Shown here: piece after piece, positions 9,637 to 19,526 of the stretch
Position numbering within the stretch: position 1 is the first letter of the stretch
Layout: the number at the start of each line of letters is the position of its first letter
Source of the DNA: an uncultured Clostridia bacterium
Lineage (GTDB): Bacteria; Bacillota; Clostridia; Christensenellales; CAG-314
Assembly (NCBI GenBank): GCA_947625115.1
Contig: CANQND010000003.1
Span: 4,738-68,737, forward strand
Direction: 5' to 3'
Length of the DNA stretch: 64,000 nt
Position numbers and translations under genes: made by a program
The notes under the pieces: generated by a model
What the model was told of the DNA's origin: nothing
Database searches by the model: none
The model's input: only the letters and a program-made list of their open reading frames with translations

Positions 9637-11063
9637 TGAGAAAAATCAAAAAAATAACCAATATCAATTGGAAAAACGTAATACTCAGCTACTTTGCGGT
9701 ATTTCTGATTTTTTCCGCATTGACGATTTTGGTAAATATCAACCGTCTTACTTGGTTGAGGGCGGGCGTTCAGTTGGCGACATTGGCGATAATGCTCATC
9801 TCTCTTGCCCTGTACACCTATTTTTCCGACAAGGCGGTAATGGAAAGTATGCGCAAAATGTGGGCGATGTTCACAACTATGTTTGTCGCCTACGGTTTGA
9901 TACAACTTTCTCCGTTGTGGGACTACGTTATCAATTTGGTGCCGTTCGCGCTATGTTCGCTTATCTTATCGTTGATAGTTTCGGGAAAATGCGGTTTCTT
10001 TGCCAATTTTATCGTAATAATGCTGTGCTTTATGCAGGATATAAATTGGCAGGTATCGGCTACGGTAGCTACGGAAAATTTCTTTTATTTGCTATTCAGC
10101 GGCGTTATCGAAGCGGTTTTCGCTTCTTTCGTGTTGGGTAAGCACTATCGCAGGTCGCGTTATCTTGTCGTCGGACTGTTTTTGGGCGTAATATCCGTTA
10201 TCTGCGCAACTATTTCCTACGTGATGTTCAGCGACGAATGGTCTTGGGTCGTTTTCGGGATAAAAGCCGCCTGTTCTTTTGCAAGCGGTTTTATCGGCGT
10301 AATGTTGATGTTTGTGTTGGTTCCGCTTTTCGAAAAGATATTCTACGTCAGTTCGGTGTTCAGATTTTCCGAAATTGCAACTTCCGACAGCGAGTTGATG
10401 CGTAAACTTTTTGAAAAGGCTCCCGGCACCTACAATCACAGCCTTACCGTAGCCACCTACGTGGAAGCCTGCGCCGCGGCGATAGGCGAAAGCGCGGTTA
10501 TGGCGAGAGCCGCCGCTTACTACCACGATATAGGTAAAATGAAAAACCCGAGTTATTTCGCTGAAAACCAATTCAGCGGAATAAATCCTCACGACAGTAT
10601 GACTCCCGAAGCAAGCGTCAATATGATAAAATATCACACAATCAACGGTTTGGCTATTGCCAAAGAGTACGGGCTGCCCAAGGAAGTGCAATCGGCAATA
10701 GTGGAACACCACGGGACGATGGTGATAAAGTACTTTTATCTCAAAGCGCAAAAGTACACCGACGGCGATCTTCCATACGACGGATATTGTTACGACGGTC
10801 CCAAACCCACCAACAAGATTTCCGCCATATTGATGATTTGCGACGCCGCAGAGGCGGCTTTGCGCGCAAACGGAGATAAGAGCAATGTGGAAAAAATCGT
10901 AGACGATATAGTTGCGGAACGTATGGCGTTTGAACAGTTTTCCGATTGCGATATTTCTCTTAAAGAACTCGATATAGTCAAGAGTACAATCATTTCCACA
11001 TTCGCAGGTATAAGACACAAGCGCGTATCTTACCCCGACGTGAGGTTGACAGGAGAAAAATGA
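9636..11063 (+). CDS. 7TM-HD membrane phosphohydrolase (YqfF/PgpH-like)
   Basis: A multi-TM N-terminal half is followed by an HD domain (YNHSLTV, AAYYHDIGK, VEHHG). The position after phoH matches Bacillus yqfF. Confidence 0.85.
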   Translation: MRKIKKITNINWKNVILSYFAVFLIFSALTILVNINRLTWLRAGVQLATLAIMLISLALYTYFSDKAVMESMRKMWAMFTTMFVAYGLIQLSPLWDYVINLVPFALCSLILSLIVSGKCGFFANFIVIMLCFMQDINWQVSATVATENFFYLLFSGVIEAVFASFVLGKHYRRSRYLVVGLFLGVISVICATISYVMFSDEWSWVVFGIKAACSFASGFIGVMLMFVLVPLFEKIFYVSSVFRFSEIATSDSELMRKLFEKAPGTYNHSLTVATYVEACAAAIGESAVMARAAAYYHDIGKMKNPSYFAENQFSGINPHDSMTPEASVNMIKYHTINGLAIAKEYGLPKEVQSAIVEHHGTMVIKYFYLKAQKYTDGDLPYDGYCYDGPKPTNKISAILMICDAAEAALRANGDKSNVEKIVDDIVAERMAFEQFSDCDISLKELDIVKSTIISTFAGIRHKRVSYPDVRLTGEK

Positions 11064-11545
11064 CAATATATTTTACAAACGTCGGTTTGCACAAACACAA
11101 AATAAAACACGTGTTGGAGGGCGCGTTGAAATATCTCAAACAACCCTCCCGCGATATAGAAATGTCGCTCTCGGTGGTAACTCCGAATGAAATTCGTCAA
11201 CTCAACGCGCAATTTCGCGGGATAGATTCCGTCACGGACGTGTTGTCTTTCCCCACGTTGGAATTGAACCGAGAACAATTGAACAGAAACAATTTCCCCG
11301 CCGACGCGGTAAACTCCAAAACGGGAAAACTCAATATCGGCGACGTTATCGTCTGCTTTGACCGCGCCAAAGAACAAGCGCAAAGTTACGGACACAGCCT
11401 CAAAAGAGAACTGTGCTTTTTGTCGTTGCACGGAATGTTGCACCTGTTGGGGTACGATCACGTGGAACCGTCGGACGAAAGGCAAATGGAAGATTTGCAA
11501 GAGGCTATTTTGACAAAACTTCACGTTACAAGGAAAACGAAATGA
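11060..11545 (+). CDS. ybeY: rRNA maturation endoribonuclease YbeY
   Basis: Zn-binding motif HGMLHLLGYDH. ATGA overlaps link it to both neighbouring genes. Confidence 0.92.
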   Translation: MTIYFTNVGLHKHKIKHVLEGALKYLKQPSRDIEMSLSVVTPNEIRQLNAQFRGIDSVTDVLSFPTLELNREQLNRNNFPADAVNSKTGKLNIGDVIVCFDRAKEQAQSYGHSLKRELCFLSLHGMLHLLGYDHVEPSDERQMEDLQEAILTKLHVTRKTK

Positions 11546-12432
11546 GAAAGACGGGCTTTATTGCATTGGTGGGACAAGCCAACGCGGGCAAATCCACGCT
11601 GTTGAATTCCTTTGTGCGGCAAAAGGTGTCTATCGTATCGCCTAAACCGCAAACTACTCGCGAACAGATCTTGGGTGTGTGGACGGACGACGACAGTCAA
11701 ATGATTTTTGTCGATACGCCCGGTTTTTTGAAAAGCAGAAACGCGTTGGGCGATTATATGCTAAAAAGTATCGACAACGCCGTGCAGGACGTAGATTGTA
11801 TTCTCGTGGTGATAGACGGTCACGACGGAATAGACGACAGGGAGATAGAACAAATAAGCCGTTATCGCAAACAAAACGTTCCCATTGTCGTAGCCGTGAC
11901 AAAGATAGACATAACTCAACCCGCAAAACTTATGCCCGAACTTGCAAAACTCAACGCGGTGGAGGGTATTTCGGAAGTGTACTGCGTGTCCGCCAAGCGA
12001 AACAACGGCGTGGCGGAACTGAAAGAGGCGTTGAAAAAGTATCTTACGGGTACGCAAATGTACTTTGAAGAGGACGACGTGACGGATAAGTCGCAAAGGT
12101 TTGTCGTAAGCGAAATTATTCGGGAAAAAACGCTCTTGGTTTGCGATAACGAAATTCCTCACGGCGTGGGCGTGGAAATAAACAAGATGGAACAAAACAA
12201 CTCCGCTTGGGATATTGACGCGACCGTTATTTTGGAAAAAGCCTCTCACAAACCGATAGTGTTGGGCAAGCGCGGAGCAATGATAAAGAGCATAGGTGTT
12301 CACGCGCGCGAAAGCATTGAAAAACTGCTGGACGCAAAGGTTTTTTTGACTTTGTGGGTAAAGGTCAAAGAGGATTGGCGCAACAATCCGTCGATGCTCA
12401 ACGAACTCGGCTATACCAACCGCCGTAAATAA
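11542..12432 (+). CDS. era: GTPase Era
   Basis: G1 motif GQANAGKSTLLN, DTPG, and a KH-type C-terminal domain. The start is set at ATG 11542, overlapping the ybeY stop; the ORF-track start at 11413 lies inside ybeY. Confidence 0.93.
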   Translation: MRKTGFIALVGQANAGKSTLLNSFVRQKVSIVSPKPQTTREQILGVWTDDDSQMIFVDTPGFLKSRNALGDYMLKSIDNAVQDVDCILVVIDGHDGIDDREIEQISRYRKQNVPIVVAVTKIDITQPAKLMPELAKLNAVEGISEVYCVSAKRNNGVAELKEALKKYLTGTQMYFEEDDVTDKSQRFVVSEIIREKTLLVCDNEIPHGVGVEINKMEQNNSAWDIDATVILEKASHKPIVLGKRGAMIKSIGVHARESIEKLLDAKVFLTLWVKVKEDWRNNPSMLNELGYTNRRK

Positions 12433-12484
12433 ATTTTTGTATAGATTGGCGTCTTTTTAAGCAAACTTTGTACAGGAGGTTTGT

Positions 12485-12604
12485 ATGAAAGATACTGTTT
12501 GGAAATTGTTTAGCGAAACGGGCAATCCCGTTTACTACCTGCTGTACAAGGAACTCTCCGAAAATGGATGTAACGACAAAGGGCATAGTCCTAAAAAGCA
12601 CTGA
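12485..12604 (+). CDS. yqzL: YqzL-family small protein (39 aa), absent from the ORF track
   Basis: AGGAGG sits 5 nt before the ATG. The product MKDTVWKLFSETGNPVYYLLYKELSENG... fits the W..F..TG....YLL.KE pattern of YqzL. The era-yqzL-recO position matches Bacillus. Confidence 0.7.
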   Translation: MKDTVWKLFSETGNPVYYLLYKELSENGCNDKGHSPKKH

Positions 12605-13286
12605 CTACAAAGAAAACGATAAACAAATTTTGCTGTACACGCTCGATTACGGCAAAGTTACCGTACACGCCAAGGGTATAAGAAAAAACGGCGCGAAACT
12701 GAAATTCGCCGCCGATCAATTTTGTTTCGGTCAGTACGAGTTATCTCAAACGGCAGACCGTTTTACTTTGAAAACGTGCGATCAGCTGGAAAGTTTCTAT
12801 TCGTTGCGCGAGGATATACTGACCTACTACGCGGCTTGTACCGTTGCGGAATGTTTGGCAAACTATGTGGCGGAAGGACAGGCGGAACCTACTGTTTTTG
12901 TGGAAACGCTCAAAGTTTTTTCCGCGCTTTCCGACGGTTCGGAACCGTTGATAACCGCATTGAGGTATTTGTTGTTTTTTCTGCAAGCGCAGGGGCTTGA
13001 TTTGCAAATGGACTCTTGTTGCGTTTGCGGAGAAAGCGGCAAAAAAAGGTTTTTGGACTTGCAACGCGGCGGCATTGTGTGCGACGGTTGCCATTTGCCC
13101 GAAAGTTTGCCCGTTTCGGCGCGGACTGCGGCAATTTGCAAAATAGTCAAAACAATGCCCTACGACAAGTTGAAAAATCTCAATTTCACTCGGGATTCGC
13201 TAAAAGACAGTTTGCAATTGTTGTACCGTTACGTTTCGCATTGTTTTTCGCCGTTGAGGAGTTTGAACGAATTGTTGAAGATGTGA
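12564..13286 (+). CDS. recO: DNA repair protein RecO
   Basis: N-terminal OB-fold region GIVLKSTDYKENDKQILLYT and a Cys4 zinc module C..C...C..C (CCVCGESG...CDGCH). Confidence 0.88.
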   Translation: MDVTTKGIVLKSTDYKENDKQILLYTLDYGKVTVHAKGIRKNGAKLKFAADQFCFGQYELSQTADRFTLKTCDQLESFYSLREDILTYYAACTVAECLANYVAEGQAEPTVFVETLKVFSALSDGSEPLITALRYLLFFLQAQGLDLQMDSCCVCGESGKKRFLDLQRGGIVCDGCHLPESLPVSARTAAICKIVKTMPYDKLKNLNFTRDSLKDSLQLLYRYVSHCFSPLRSLNELLKM

Positions 13287-13355
13287 CGCGCCGACGGGGC
13301 GGACGTTGAGATTTTTACCGTTTGAATTGCGGCAAACAAAAGATGTGGTGAACAA

Positions 13356-15128
13356 ATGATTTTCGGCAAGTACATAAACAGATATTATTGGAAATACGCG
13401 CTGTTGATCCTCTGCGGATTGGCGGCTCTCGTTGCCGTAGATTTTGCGCAGACCTTGATCCCCGAAATGTACCGAATGGTTATTGACGGTATCGATAAGG
13501 GCGCGGTTGCCGTCAACGGCGAGTTGGTCAATTTCGACATTCAATTTGTTTGGGAAAAAATTTGCGTGCCGATGTTTTTCATTATTGTTTTTATCGTATT
13601 GGGTCGCTTTGTTTGGAGAATTTGTCTGTTCGGAAGCGGAATACGCGTGGAGCGCGATCTGCGCAAGCAAATGTTTGCGCATTGCGAGGCTCTGTCCTGC
13701 GAATTTTACTCGCGAGAAAAGGTCGGCAATCTGATGTCGTTGTTTACCAACGATCTCGAAACCGTTCAGGATTGTTTCGGAAGCGGCATAATGATGACAT
13801 TTGACGCCGTTTTTCTTGGAGGTCTGTCGCTGTACAAAATGTTTTGTATGGATTGGGTTATGACGTTGTATTCGCTCATTCCGATGGCGTTGATGGTGGC
13901 GATAAGCCTCATTGTGGGCAAGTATATGACGATGAAGTGGGAAACGCGTCAACAGGCTTTCAGCGATTTGTCGGATTTTGCTCAGGAAAGTTTTTCGGGC
14001 ATTGCGGTTATCAAAGCGTTCGTAAAAGAATTTAAGGAACTGCTTGCGTTCAGGTGGCTCAACAAAAAGAACGAGGACGCAAACGTGGCTTACACCAAGA
14101 TAAGCACCCTTTTGAACGTGTTCGTAACGCTGTTTGTCGAATCGGTCATTTGCGTTGTGCTGGGGTACGGCTCTTACTTGGTGTACAAAGGTACCTTTAC
14201 GGGCGGACAGTTGATGGAATTTATCGGGTATTTCAATCAAATAATTTGGCCCGTCACGGCGATAACGGAACTTATTGAAATGCACTCACGCGGAAAGGCT
14301 TCGCTCAAACGCGTTTCCGATTTGTTGGAAAGCAAGGCAAACGCTATTGACGAGGAGGGAAAAATTTCCCTTGAATCCGTAAATGGCGCAGTGGAATTCA
14401 GAAACCTGACTTTTCGCTATCCGCAAGCCGATTACGACGCGTTGTCCGACGTCAGTTTTACCGTAAACGTCGGTGAAAACGTGGGTATTATCGGCAAAAC
14501 AGGCTCAGGCAAAACAACCGTCGCCGATTTGATCTTGCGTTGCTACAACGTCGAGGACGGCACATTGTTTGTGGACGGTATCGACGTAAACACCCTGAGC
14601 GTTAAAAGTTTGAGAAATTTTTGCGCGTATGTTCCGCAGGACAACTTTTTGTTTTCCGACACGATCTACAACAATATCGCGTTTGCGGTGGACGGCGCGA
14701 CGGAAGAATCGGTTGTTCGGGCGGCGCAACTTGCCGATATTGACGGCAACATAAACAAATTTACCGACAAGTACCAAACCTTGATGGGCGAAAGAGGCGT
14801 TACCGTTTCGGGCGGACAAAAACAACGAATTTCCATTGCGCGAGCATTGATGAAAGACGCTTCGATATTGATACTTGACGACGCCGTTTCCGCCGTGGAT
14901 ACCGATACGGAAAAAAACATACTCGACAACCTCAAAAAAGCGCGTTTGGGCAAAACCACAATCTATATAGCGCACAGAATATCCACGGTACGCAATCTGG
15001 ACAAAATCATACTTTTGGACAACGGAACCGTTGTGGACGTAGGCACTCACGACGAATTGGTATCGAGATGTCCCGCCTATCGCACAATGGTAGAGTTGCA
15101 AACTCTCGAAGAGGAGGAGGGACTGTAA
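13356..15128 (+). CDS. ABC exporter subunit (permease+ATPase), degenerate-site half
   Basis: Six-TM exporter domain, Walker A GKTGSGKTT, and signature VSGGQKQR. Walker B is ILILDDAVS, with Asp replacing the catalytic Glu. Confidence 0.9.
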   Translation: MIFGKYINRYYWKYALLILCGLAALVAVDFAQTLIPEMYRMVIDGIDKGAVAVNGELVNFDIQFVWEKICVPMFFIIVFIVLGRFVWRICLFGSGIRVERDLRKQMFAHCEALSCEFYSREKVGNLMSLFTNDLETVQDCFGSGIMMTFDAVFLGGLSLYKMFCMDWVMTLYSLIPMALMVAISLIVGKYMTMKWETRQQAFSDLSDFAQESFSGIAVIKAFVKEFKELLAFRWLNKKNEDANVAYTKISTLLNVFVTLFVESVICVVLGYGSYLVYKGTFTGGQLMEFIGYFNQIIWPVTAITELIEMHSRGKASLKRVSDLLESKANAIDEEGKISLESVNGAVEFRNLTFRYPQADYDALSDVSFTVNVGENVGIIGKTGSGKTTVADLILRCYNVEDGTLFVDGIDVNTLSVKSLRNFCAYVPQDNFLFSDTIYNNIAFAVDGATEESVVRAAQLADIDGNINKFTDKYQTLMGERGVTVSGGQKQRISIARALMKDASILILDDAVSAVDTDTEKNILDNLKKARLGKTTIYIAHRISTVRNLDKIILLDNGTVVDVGTHDELVSRCPAYRTMVELQTLEEEEGL

Positions 15129-15129
15129 T

Positions 15130-17034
15130 ATGACGGATTATCTTCCTCTCTTGATAGTGGGCGCGATTATCGGCGTGTTCAGCGCGGCGTTGATATTGGC
15201 GTATGTTTTTGTAAAAGACAAAAAAGAATCGATGGGCTTTGAAAGAAATATGAAAGACGGCGAACTTATGAAACGCCTGCTTCGTTATGCCAAACCCTAT
15301 TGGTTCAATTTTGTGATAGTCGGTTTGGTTATGTTATTGTCCGTTTCCTACAACATACTGTCGCCGATATTGACTTCCGATATAACAAAAATTATACAGC
15401 AAAAGGACGGTTTCATTTACAACGACGTCCTTTGGCGAGTGATAATTTACGCCGTAGTGCTGATTGGTTCGCTTGTCGGAACGTACGTTCAGGCAATGGT
15501 TTTGCAAAAAACGGGACAAAAAATAATTTCTCAATTGCGCGAGGACGCTTTCACTCACATCGAAAGTCTTTCGCATGCGCAGTTGTCGCACATTCCCGTA
15601 GGTAAATTGGTAACGCGCGTTACCAACGACACCAACGCCATTTCTATGATGTTCACGGGTATGCTTGCCAACCTTGTCAAAAATGTATTCGTCATCGTGG
15701 GCGTTTTGGTGGCGATGTTGTTCGTCAACTATATGCTCACTCTTATGGTGTTGTGCTTTGTTCCGTTTATTGTGCTGTTTACGGTTATTTTCCGCAAGTT
15801 CTCGCGCCGCGCCTACCGTCAGGTAAAAAACGGCACCACGGATATAAACACATATCTTTCCGAACATCTTTCGGGTATGAAGATAATACAGGTGTTTAAC
15901 CGCGAAGAACGCAAAATGCAAGAGTTCGATAGCAAAAATCAAAAGCTCTACCGTGCGCAACGCGGACAAATATTTGTTTTCGGCATATTCAGACCCTCCG
16001 TTTATATGCTGTACATTTCGTCGGTGCTGTGTCTGTTCTTCCTCGCCTCGAAAGGCGCGCTGGACGGACGCGCTATTTTGGGACAAGTGGTGGACGGCGC
16101 AACGGTAGTGGCGTTTTATATGTTTGTGTCAAGATTTTTCAACCCGATTCAAAATCTTGCCGAACAGTTCCACCGATTGCAATCGGCGTTTGCTTCGGCA
16201 GAAAAAATATTTACCATTCTGGACATAAAACCGCAGGTGGTGGATGAGGCGGACGCGGTGGAATTGGGTGAAATTCGCGGCGAGATCGAGTTCAAAAACG
16301 TTTGGTTTGCCTACAACGAGGGAGAATGGGTGCTAAAAGACGTAAGTTTCCACGTAAACGCCAAAGATACGGTCGCTTTTGTGGGAGCAACAGGTAGCGG
16401 TAAAACGACGATCTTGTCCTTGCTGTGCCGCAACTACGACATTCAGAAAGGCGAAATTCTGCTGGACGGTATAAATATCCGTCGCATAAAAATTTCCTCA
16501 TTGCGCAAACATTTCGGACAAATGTTGCAGGACGTATTTCTATTTGCGGGTACGGTTAGGAGCAACATAGTTTTGCGAGATGAATTTGACGACGAAGAGG
16601 TGATCGCCGCGTGCAAGTACGTCAATGCGGACAAATTTATCGATAAGTTGGCAAACGGTCTGGACGAAGAGGTGCGCGAACGCGGCAACAACTTCTCGGC
16701 AGGGCAACGTCAATTGCTTAGTTTTGCGCGCACGATAATTCACCGTCCCGAGATAATGATATTGGACGAGGCTACCGCCAATATCGACACCGAAACGGAA
16801 CTGCTTATTCAGGACAGCCTTGACAAAATGATGAATATCGGCACAATGCTCATTGTCGCTCACAGGCTTTCCACGATACAGCACGCCGACAACATAATCG
16901 TTCTTTCGGACGGACAAATCATAGAACAGGGAAATCACCACGAACTTTTGCAGAAAAAGGGACGGTACTACGATTTGTATATGTTGCAATTCAACAAAGA
17001 ACAACTGCAAAAACAAGCAAAGACGGCGCAATAA
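15130..17034 (+). CDS. ABC exporter subunit (permease+ATPase), consensus-site half
   Basis: Walker A GATGSGKTT and Walker B IMILDEATA, with a degenerate signature FSAGQRQL. The start is 2 nt after the partner gene's stop. Confidence 0.9.
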   Translation: MTDYLPLLIVGAIIGVFSAALILAYVFVKDKKESMGFERNMKDGELMKRLLRYAKPYWFNFVIVGLVMLLSVSYNILSPILTSDITKIIQQKDGFIYNDVLWRVIIYAVVLIGSLVGTYVQAMVLQKTGQKIISQLREDAFTHIESLSHAQLSHIPVGKLVTRVTNDTNAISMMFTGMLANLVKNVFVIVGVLVAMLFVNYMLTLMVLCFVPFIVLFTVIFRKFSRRAYRQVKNGTTDINTYLSEHLSGMKIIQVFNREERKMQEFDSKNQKLYRAQRGQIFVFGIFRPSVYMLYISSVLCLFFLASKGALDGRAILGQVVDGATVVAFYMFVSRFFNPIQNLAEQFHRLQSAFASAEKIFTILDIKPQVVDEADAVELGEIRGEIEFKNVWFAYNEGEWVLKDVSFHVNAKDTVAFVGATGSGKTTILSLLCRNYDIQKGEILLDGINIRRIKISSLRKHFGQMLQDVFLFAGTVRSNIVLRDEFDDEEVIAACKYVNADKFIDKLANGLDEEVRERGNNFSAGQRQLLSFARTIIHRPEIMILDEATANIDTETELLIQDSLDKMMNIGTMLIVAHRLSTIQHADNIIVLSDGQIIEQGNHHELLQKKGRYYDLYMLQFNKEQLQKQAKTAQ

Positions 17035-17047
17035 CGCGCCGTCTTTT
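17022..17047. terminator. bidirectional terminator between the ABC operon and cadA
   Basis: GACGGCGC / GCGCCGTC stem followed by TTTT. It overlaps the ABC stop codon and lies between convergent genes. Confidence 0.6.
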
Positions 17048-17064
17048 CAACAAAAGTTAAATTT

Positions 17065-18927
17065 TTATTTTCGTTTGCGTACTATCATTGCCCGCATAGA
17101 GTTGAGTATGGCAAGCACGCACACGCCCACGTCGGCGAGAATTGCTACAAACATTCCGAACGGTATCATATCGAGTACTCCCGCAACGGAAAGCACAAGT
17201 ACCGCAACTTTTATTATAAGGGACAAAACAATGTTTTCGTTTACTATGCCGAGCGTTTTCTTCGCTATGCGCTTTGCGGTGGCAATGGCGGTGGGGTTAT
17301 CCTGCATAAGCACTATATCTGCCGTTTCTATCGCGGCGTCGCTCCCCATCGCGCCCATAGCGATCCCGACGTCGGCGGCGGCAAGTACGGGAGCGTCGTT
17401 TATGCCATCTCCCACAAACGCTACTTTCGATTTGCCCGTTTTCAATTCCCGCAGCTTAGTAACTTTGTCTTGCGGTAGCAAATCGGCGCGGTAGTCCGCT
17501 ATTCCGAGCTGTTGGCAAACCTGCTTGGCGGTTGCGTTGTTGTCGCCCGTTAGCATAACGGTTTTGCAACCGAGTCCGTTCAACGCGGCAACGGCTTCTG
17601 CCGAGTCGGATTTTATTTCGTCGGAAATAATGATATATCCCACAAACTCTCCGTTTTTTGCAACGTAAACTACCGTTCCGCCCGTAGCGTCGGGGCAGGA
17701 TATGCCGTTGTCGTTCAATAGCTGTTTGTTTCCGCACAAAATAAGAGAATCGGCGGTTTTGGCTTTTACCCCTTTCCCCGCAACTTCGGTAACCTCTGCG
17801 GGTTCTTCGGCTTTCGCTTCTCTGCACACGGAGGCGGCAATGGGGTGGTTGCTGTACTGTTCGGCAATAGCCGCGCATTTAAGCACGTCGTTACGCTTGT
17901 CCTCGGGAAAAACGGCTGTGACGGCAAAGTTCCCTTTGGTAAGAGTACCCGTTTTGTCAAACGCAACTGTGTTTACCTTTGCAAGCAGTTCGAGATAGTT
18001 GCTTCCCTTTACCAAAATTCCGCGTTTGCTTGCGGCGGCAATTCCGCCGAAAAAGCCCAACGGAACGCTTATCACCAATGCGCACGGGCAGGAAACAAAC
18101 AAAAACATCATTGCGCGTTTGAGCCAAACGCTCCAAATGTCCCAATGGGCATAGTTTCCGCTAACAAGCGGAGGCAAAACGCCCACTAACACCGCAAGCG
18201 CGACGACTATCGGGGTGTAGTACTTGCTGAACTTCGTAATGAAATTTTCGGCGGGAGCTTTGTTTGCCGTGGCGTTTTCCACAAGGTCGAGTATTTTTGC
18301 AACGGTGCTGTTGTCGTACGCGCTCTCTGTTGAAATGTACAAAACGCCGTCCAGATTTATGCAACCCGACGAAACGCCGTCGCCCGCCTTGACGTGTTTC
18401 GGCAAACTTTCGCCTGTAATGGCGGAGGTATCTATGTTACATTCTCCTTTCAAAACGGTGCCGTCCAACGGTAATTTGTCGCCCGCTTTGACGACGATCG
18501 TTTCGCCCAAAGCAACTTCCGATGGGTGTACGGAAATTTCCGTATTGTCGCGCACGACGGTGGCTTCTTCGGGGCGTATGCTCATCAAGGAAGCTATGCT
18601 CTTCCTGCTTTTGCCGACTGCGTAACGCTGAAAAAGTTCCCCCGTTTGATACAAAATCATAACTGCGGCGGCGTCGGCGTATTCGCCTATAACAAACGCG
18701 CCTATCGTTGCAATCGTCATCAAAAAGTTTTCGTCGAAAATTTTTCCGTGAAAAATGTTCTTGACCGCTTTCCACAGCACGTCGTAACCTGCCGCCAAGT
18801 AGGCGGCGGCAAACAAACCGAGTTGATACCAAGTGCCGAGAGCGATAGTGTATTTCAGTACAAGCGTAACTGCCGCGACGGCGGTCGCCACGCATATTCT
18901 TATCAATGTTTTTTTGTTTTTTGACAT
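17065..18927 (-). CDS. cadA: Cd/Zn-type heavy-metal P1B ATPase lacking its own HMA domain
   Basis: CPC in VSCPCALVISVP, DKTGTLT, HP in YSNHPIA, and GDGINDAP. There is no SD; the ATG lies 1 nt after the stop of the HMA ORF. Confidence 0.9.
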   Translation of the reverse strand: MSKNKKTLIRICVATAVAAVTLVLKYTIALGTWYQLGLFAAAYLAAGYDVLWKAVKNIFHGKIFDENFLMTIATIGAFVIGEYADAAAVMILYQTGELFQRYAVGKSRKSIASLMSIRPEEATVVRDNTEISVHPSEVALGETIVVKAGDKLPLDGTVLKGECNIDTSAITGESLPKHVKAGDGVSSGCINLDGVLYISTESAYDNSTVAKILDLVENATANKAPAENFITKFSKYYTPIVVALAVLVGVLPPLVSGNYAHWDIWSVWLKRAMMFLFVSCPCALVISVPLGFFGGIAAASKRGILVKGSNYLELLAKVNTVAFDKTGTLTKGNFAVTAVFPEDKRNDVLKCAAIAEQYSNHPIAASVCREAKAEEPAEVTEVAGKGVKAKTADSLILCGNKQLLNDNGISCPDATGGTVVYVAKNGEFVGYIIISDEIKSDSAEAVAALNGLGCKTVMLTGDNNATAKQVCQQLGIADYRADLLPQDKVTKLRELKTGKSKVAFVGDGINDAPVLAAADVGIAMGAMGSDAAIETADIVLMQDNPTAIATAKRIAKKTLGIVNENIVLSLIIKVAVLVLSVAGVLDMIPFGMFVAILADVGVCVLAILNSMRAMIVRKRK

Positions 18928-18928
18928 A

Positions 18929-19147
18929 TTATATTTTCAAACGGCAATCGGGTTCTATCTTTCTGACTAAAAGTTTTATTTGCTTTATTATTTCTTCCGA
19001 ATTTGTATCGGATATTTCCAACGTCATTCTTTGCGTCATAAAGTTCACGGAGCAGTTTGCCACGCCGTTTATTTTCTTTATGCCGTCCTCCATTTTTGCG
19101 GCGCAATTTGCGCAATCGAGGTCCTCCATTTGAATAACTTTTTTCAT
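18929..19147 (-). CDS. stand-alone heavy-metal-associated (HMA) domain protein
   Basis: The 72-aa product contains LDCANCAAKMEDGIKKINGV, which matches the usual N-terminus of clostridial CadA proteins. AAGGAG SD is present. Confidence 0.8.
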   Translation of the reverse strand: MKKVIQMEDLDCANCAAKMEDGIKKINGVANCSVNFMTQRMTLEISDTNSEEIIKQIKLLVRKIEPDCRLKI

Positions 19148-19151
19148 TTTT

Positions 19152-19505
19152 TTACTCCTTTATGTGTTCTAAGGCAAGGTTTATTATACTGAGAACGTGG
19201 TCGTCGTCCAAACTGTAAAATATCTCTTTTCCGTTACGTCTGTTTTTGACGAGCTTTGCTTGCCGCAATATCCTCAGCTGGTGCGACACGGCGGATTTGG
19301 TCATATTGAGTACCGCGCCGATGTCGCAAACGCACATTTCCGCCTGCGCAAGCGCGGAAAGAATTCTTATACGAGTGGAATCGCCGAAAATCTTGAAAAG
19401 TTCCGCTACGTCGTACAAATCGTTCTCGTCGGGCATATCTACGCTTACCTGTTCGCAAACTTCGTCGTGTACGTGATTGTCATCGCAAAAAATATCCGTT
19501 GCCAT
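19152..19505 (-). CDS. cadC: ArsR/SmtB-family metalloregulator, CadC-like
   Basis: HTH segment DSTRIRILSAL...CVCDIGAVLNMTKSAVSHQLRILR, plus N-terminal Cys residues (FCDDN...VCEQ) that fit an alpha3N metal site. Confidence 0.88.
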   Translation of the reverse strand: MATDIFCDDNHVHDEVCEQVSVDMPDENDLYDVAELFKIFGDSTRIRILSALAQAEMCVCDIGAVLNMTKSAVSHQLRILRQAKLVKNRRNGKEIFYSLDDDHVLSIINLALEHIKE

Positions 19506-19526
19506 TTGATTTCCTCCTTATTCGAC

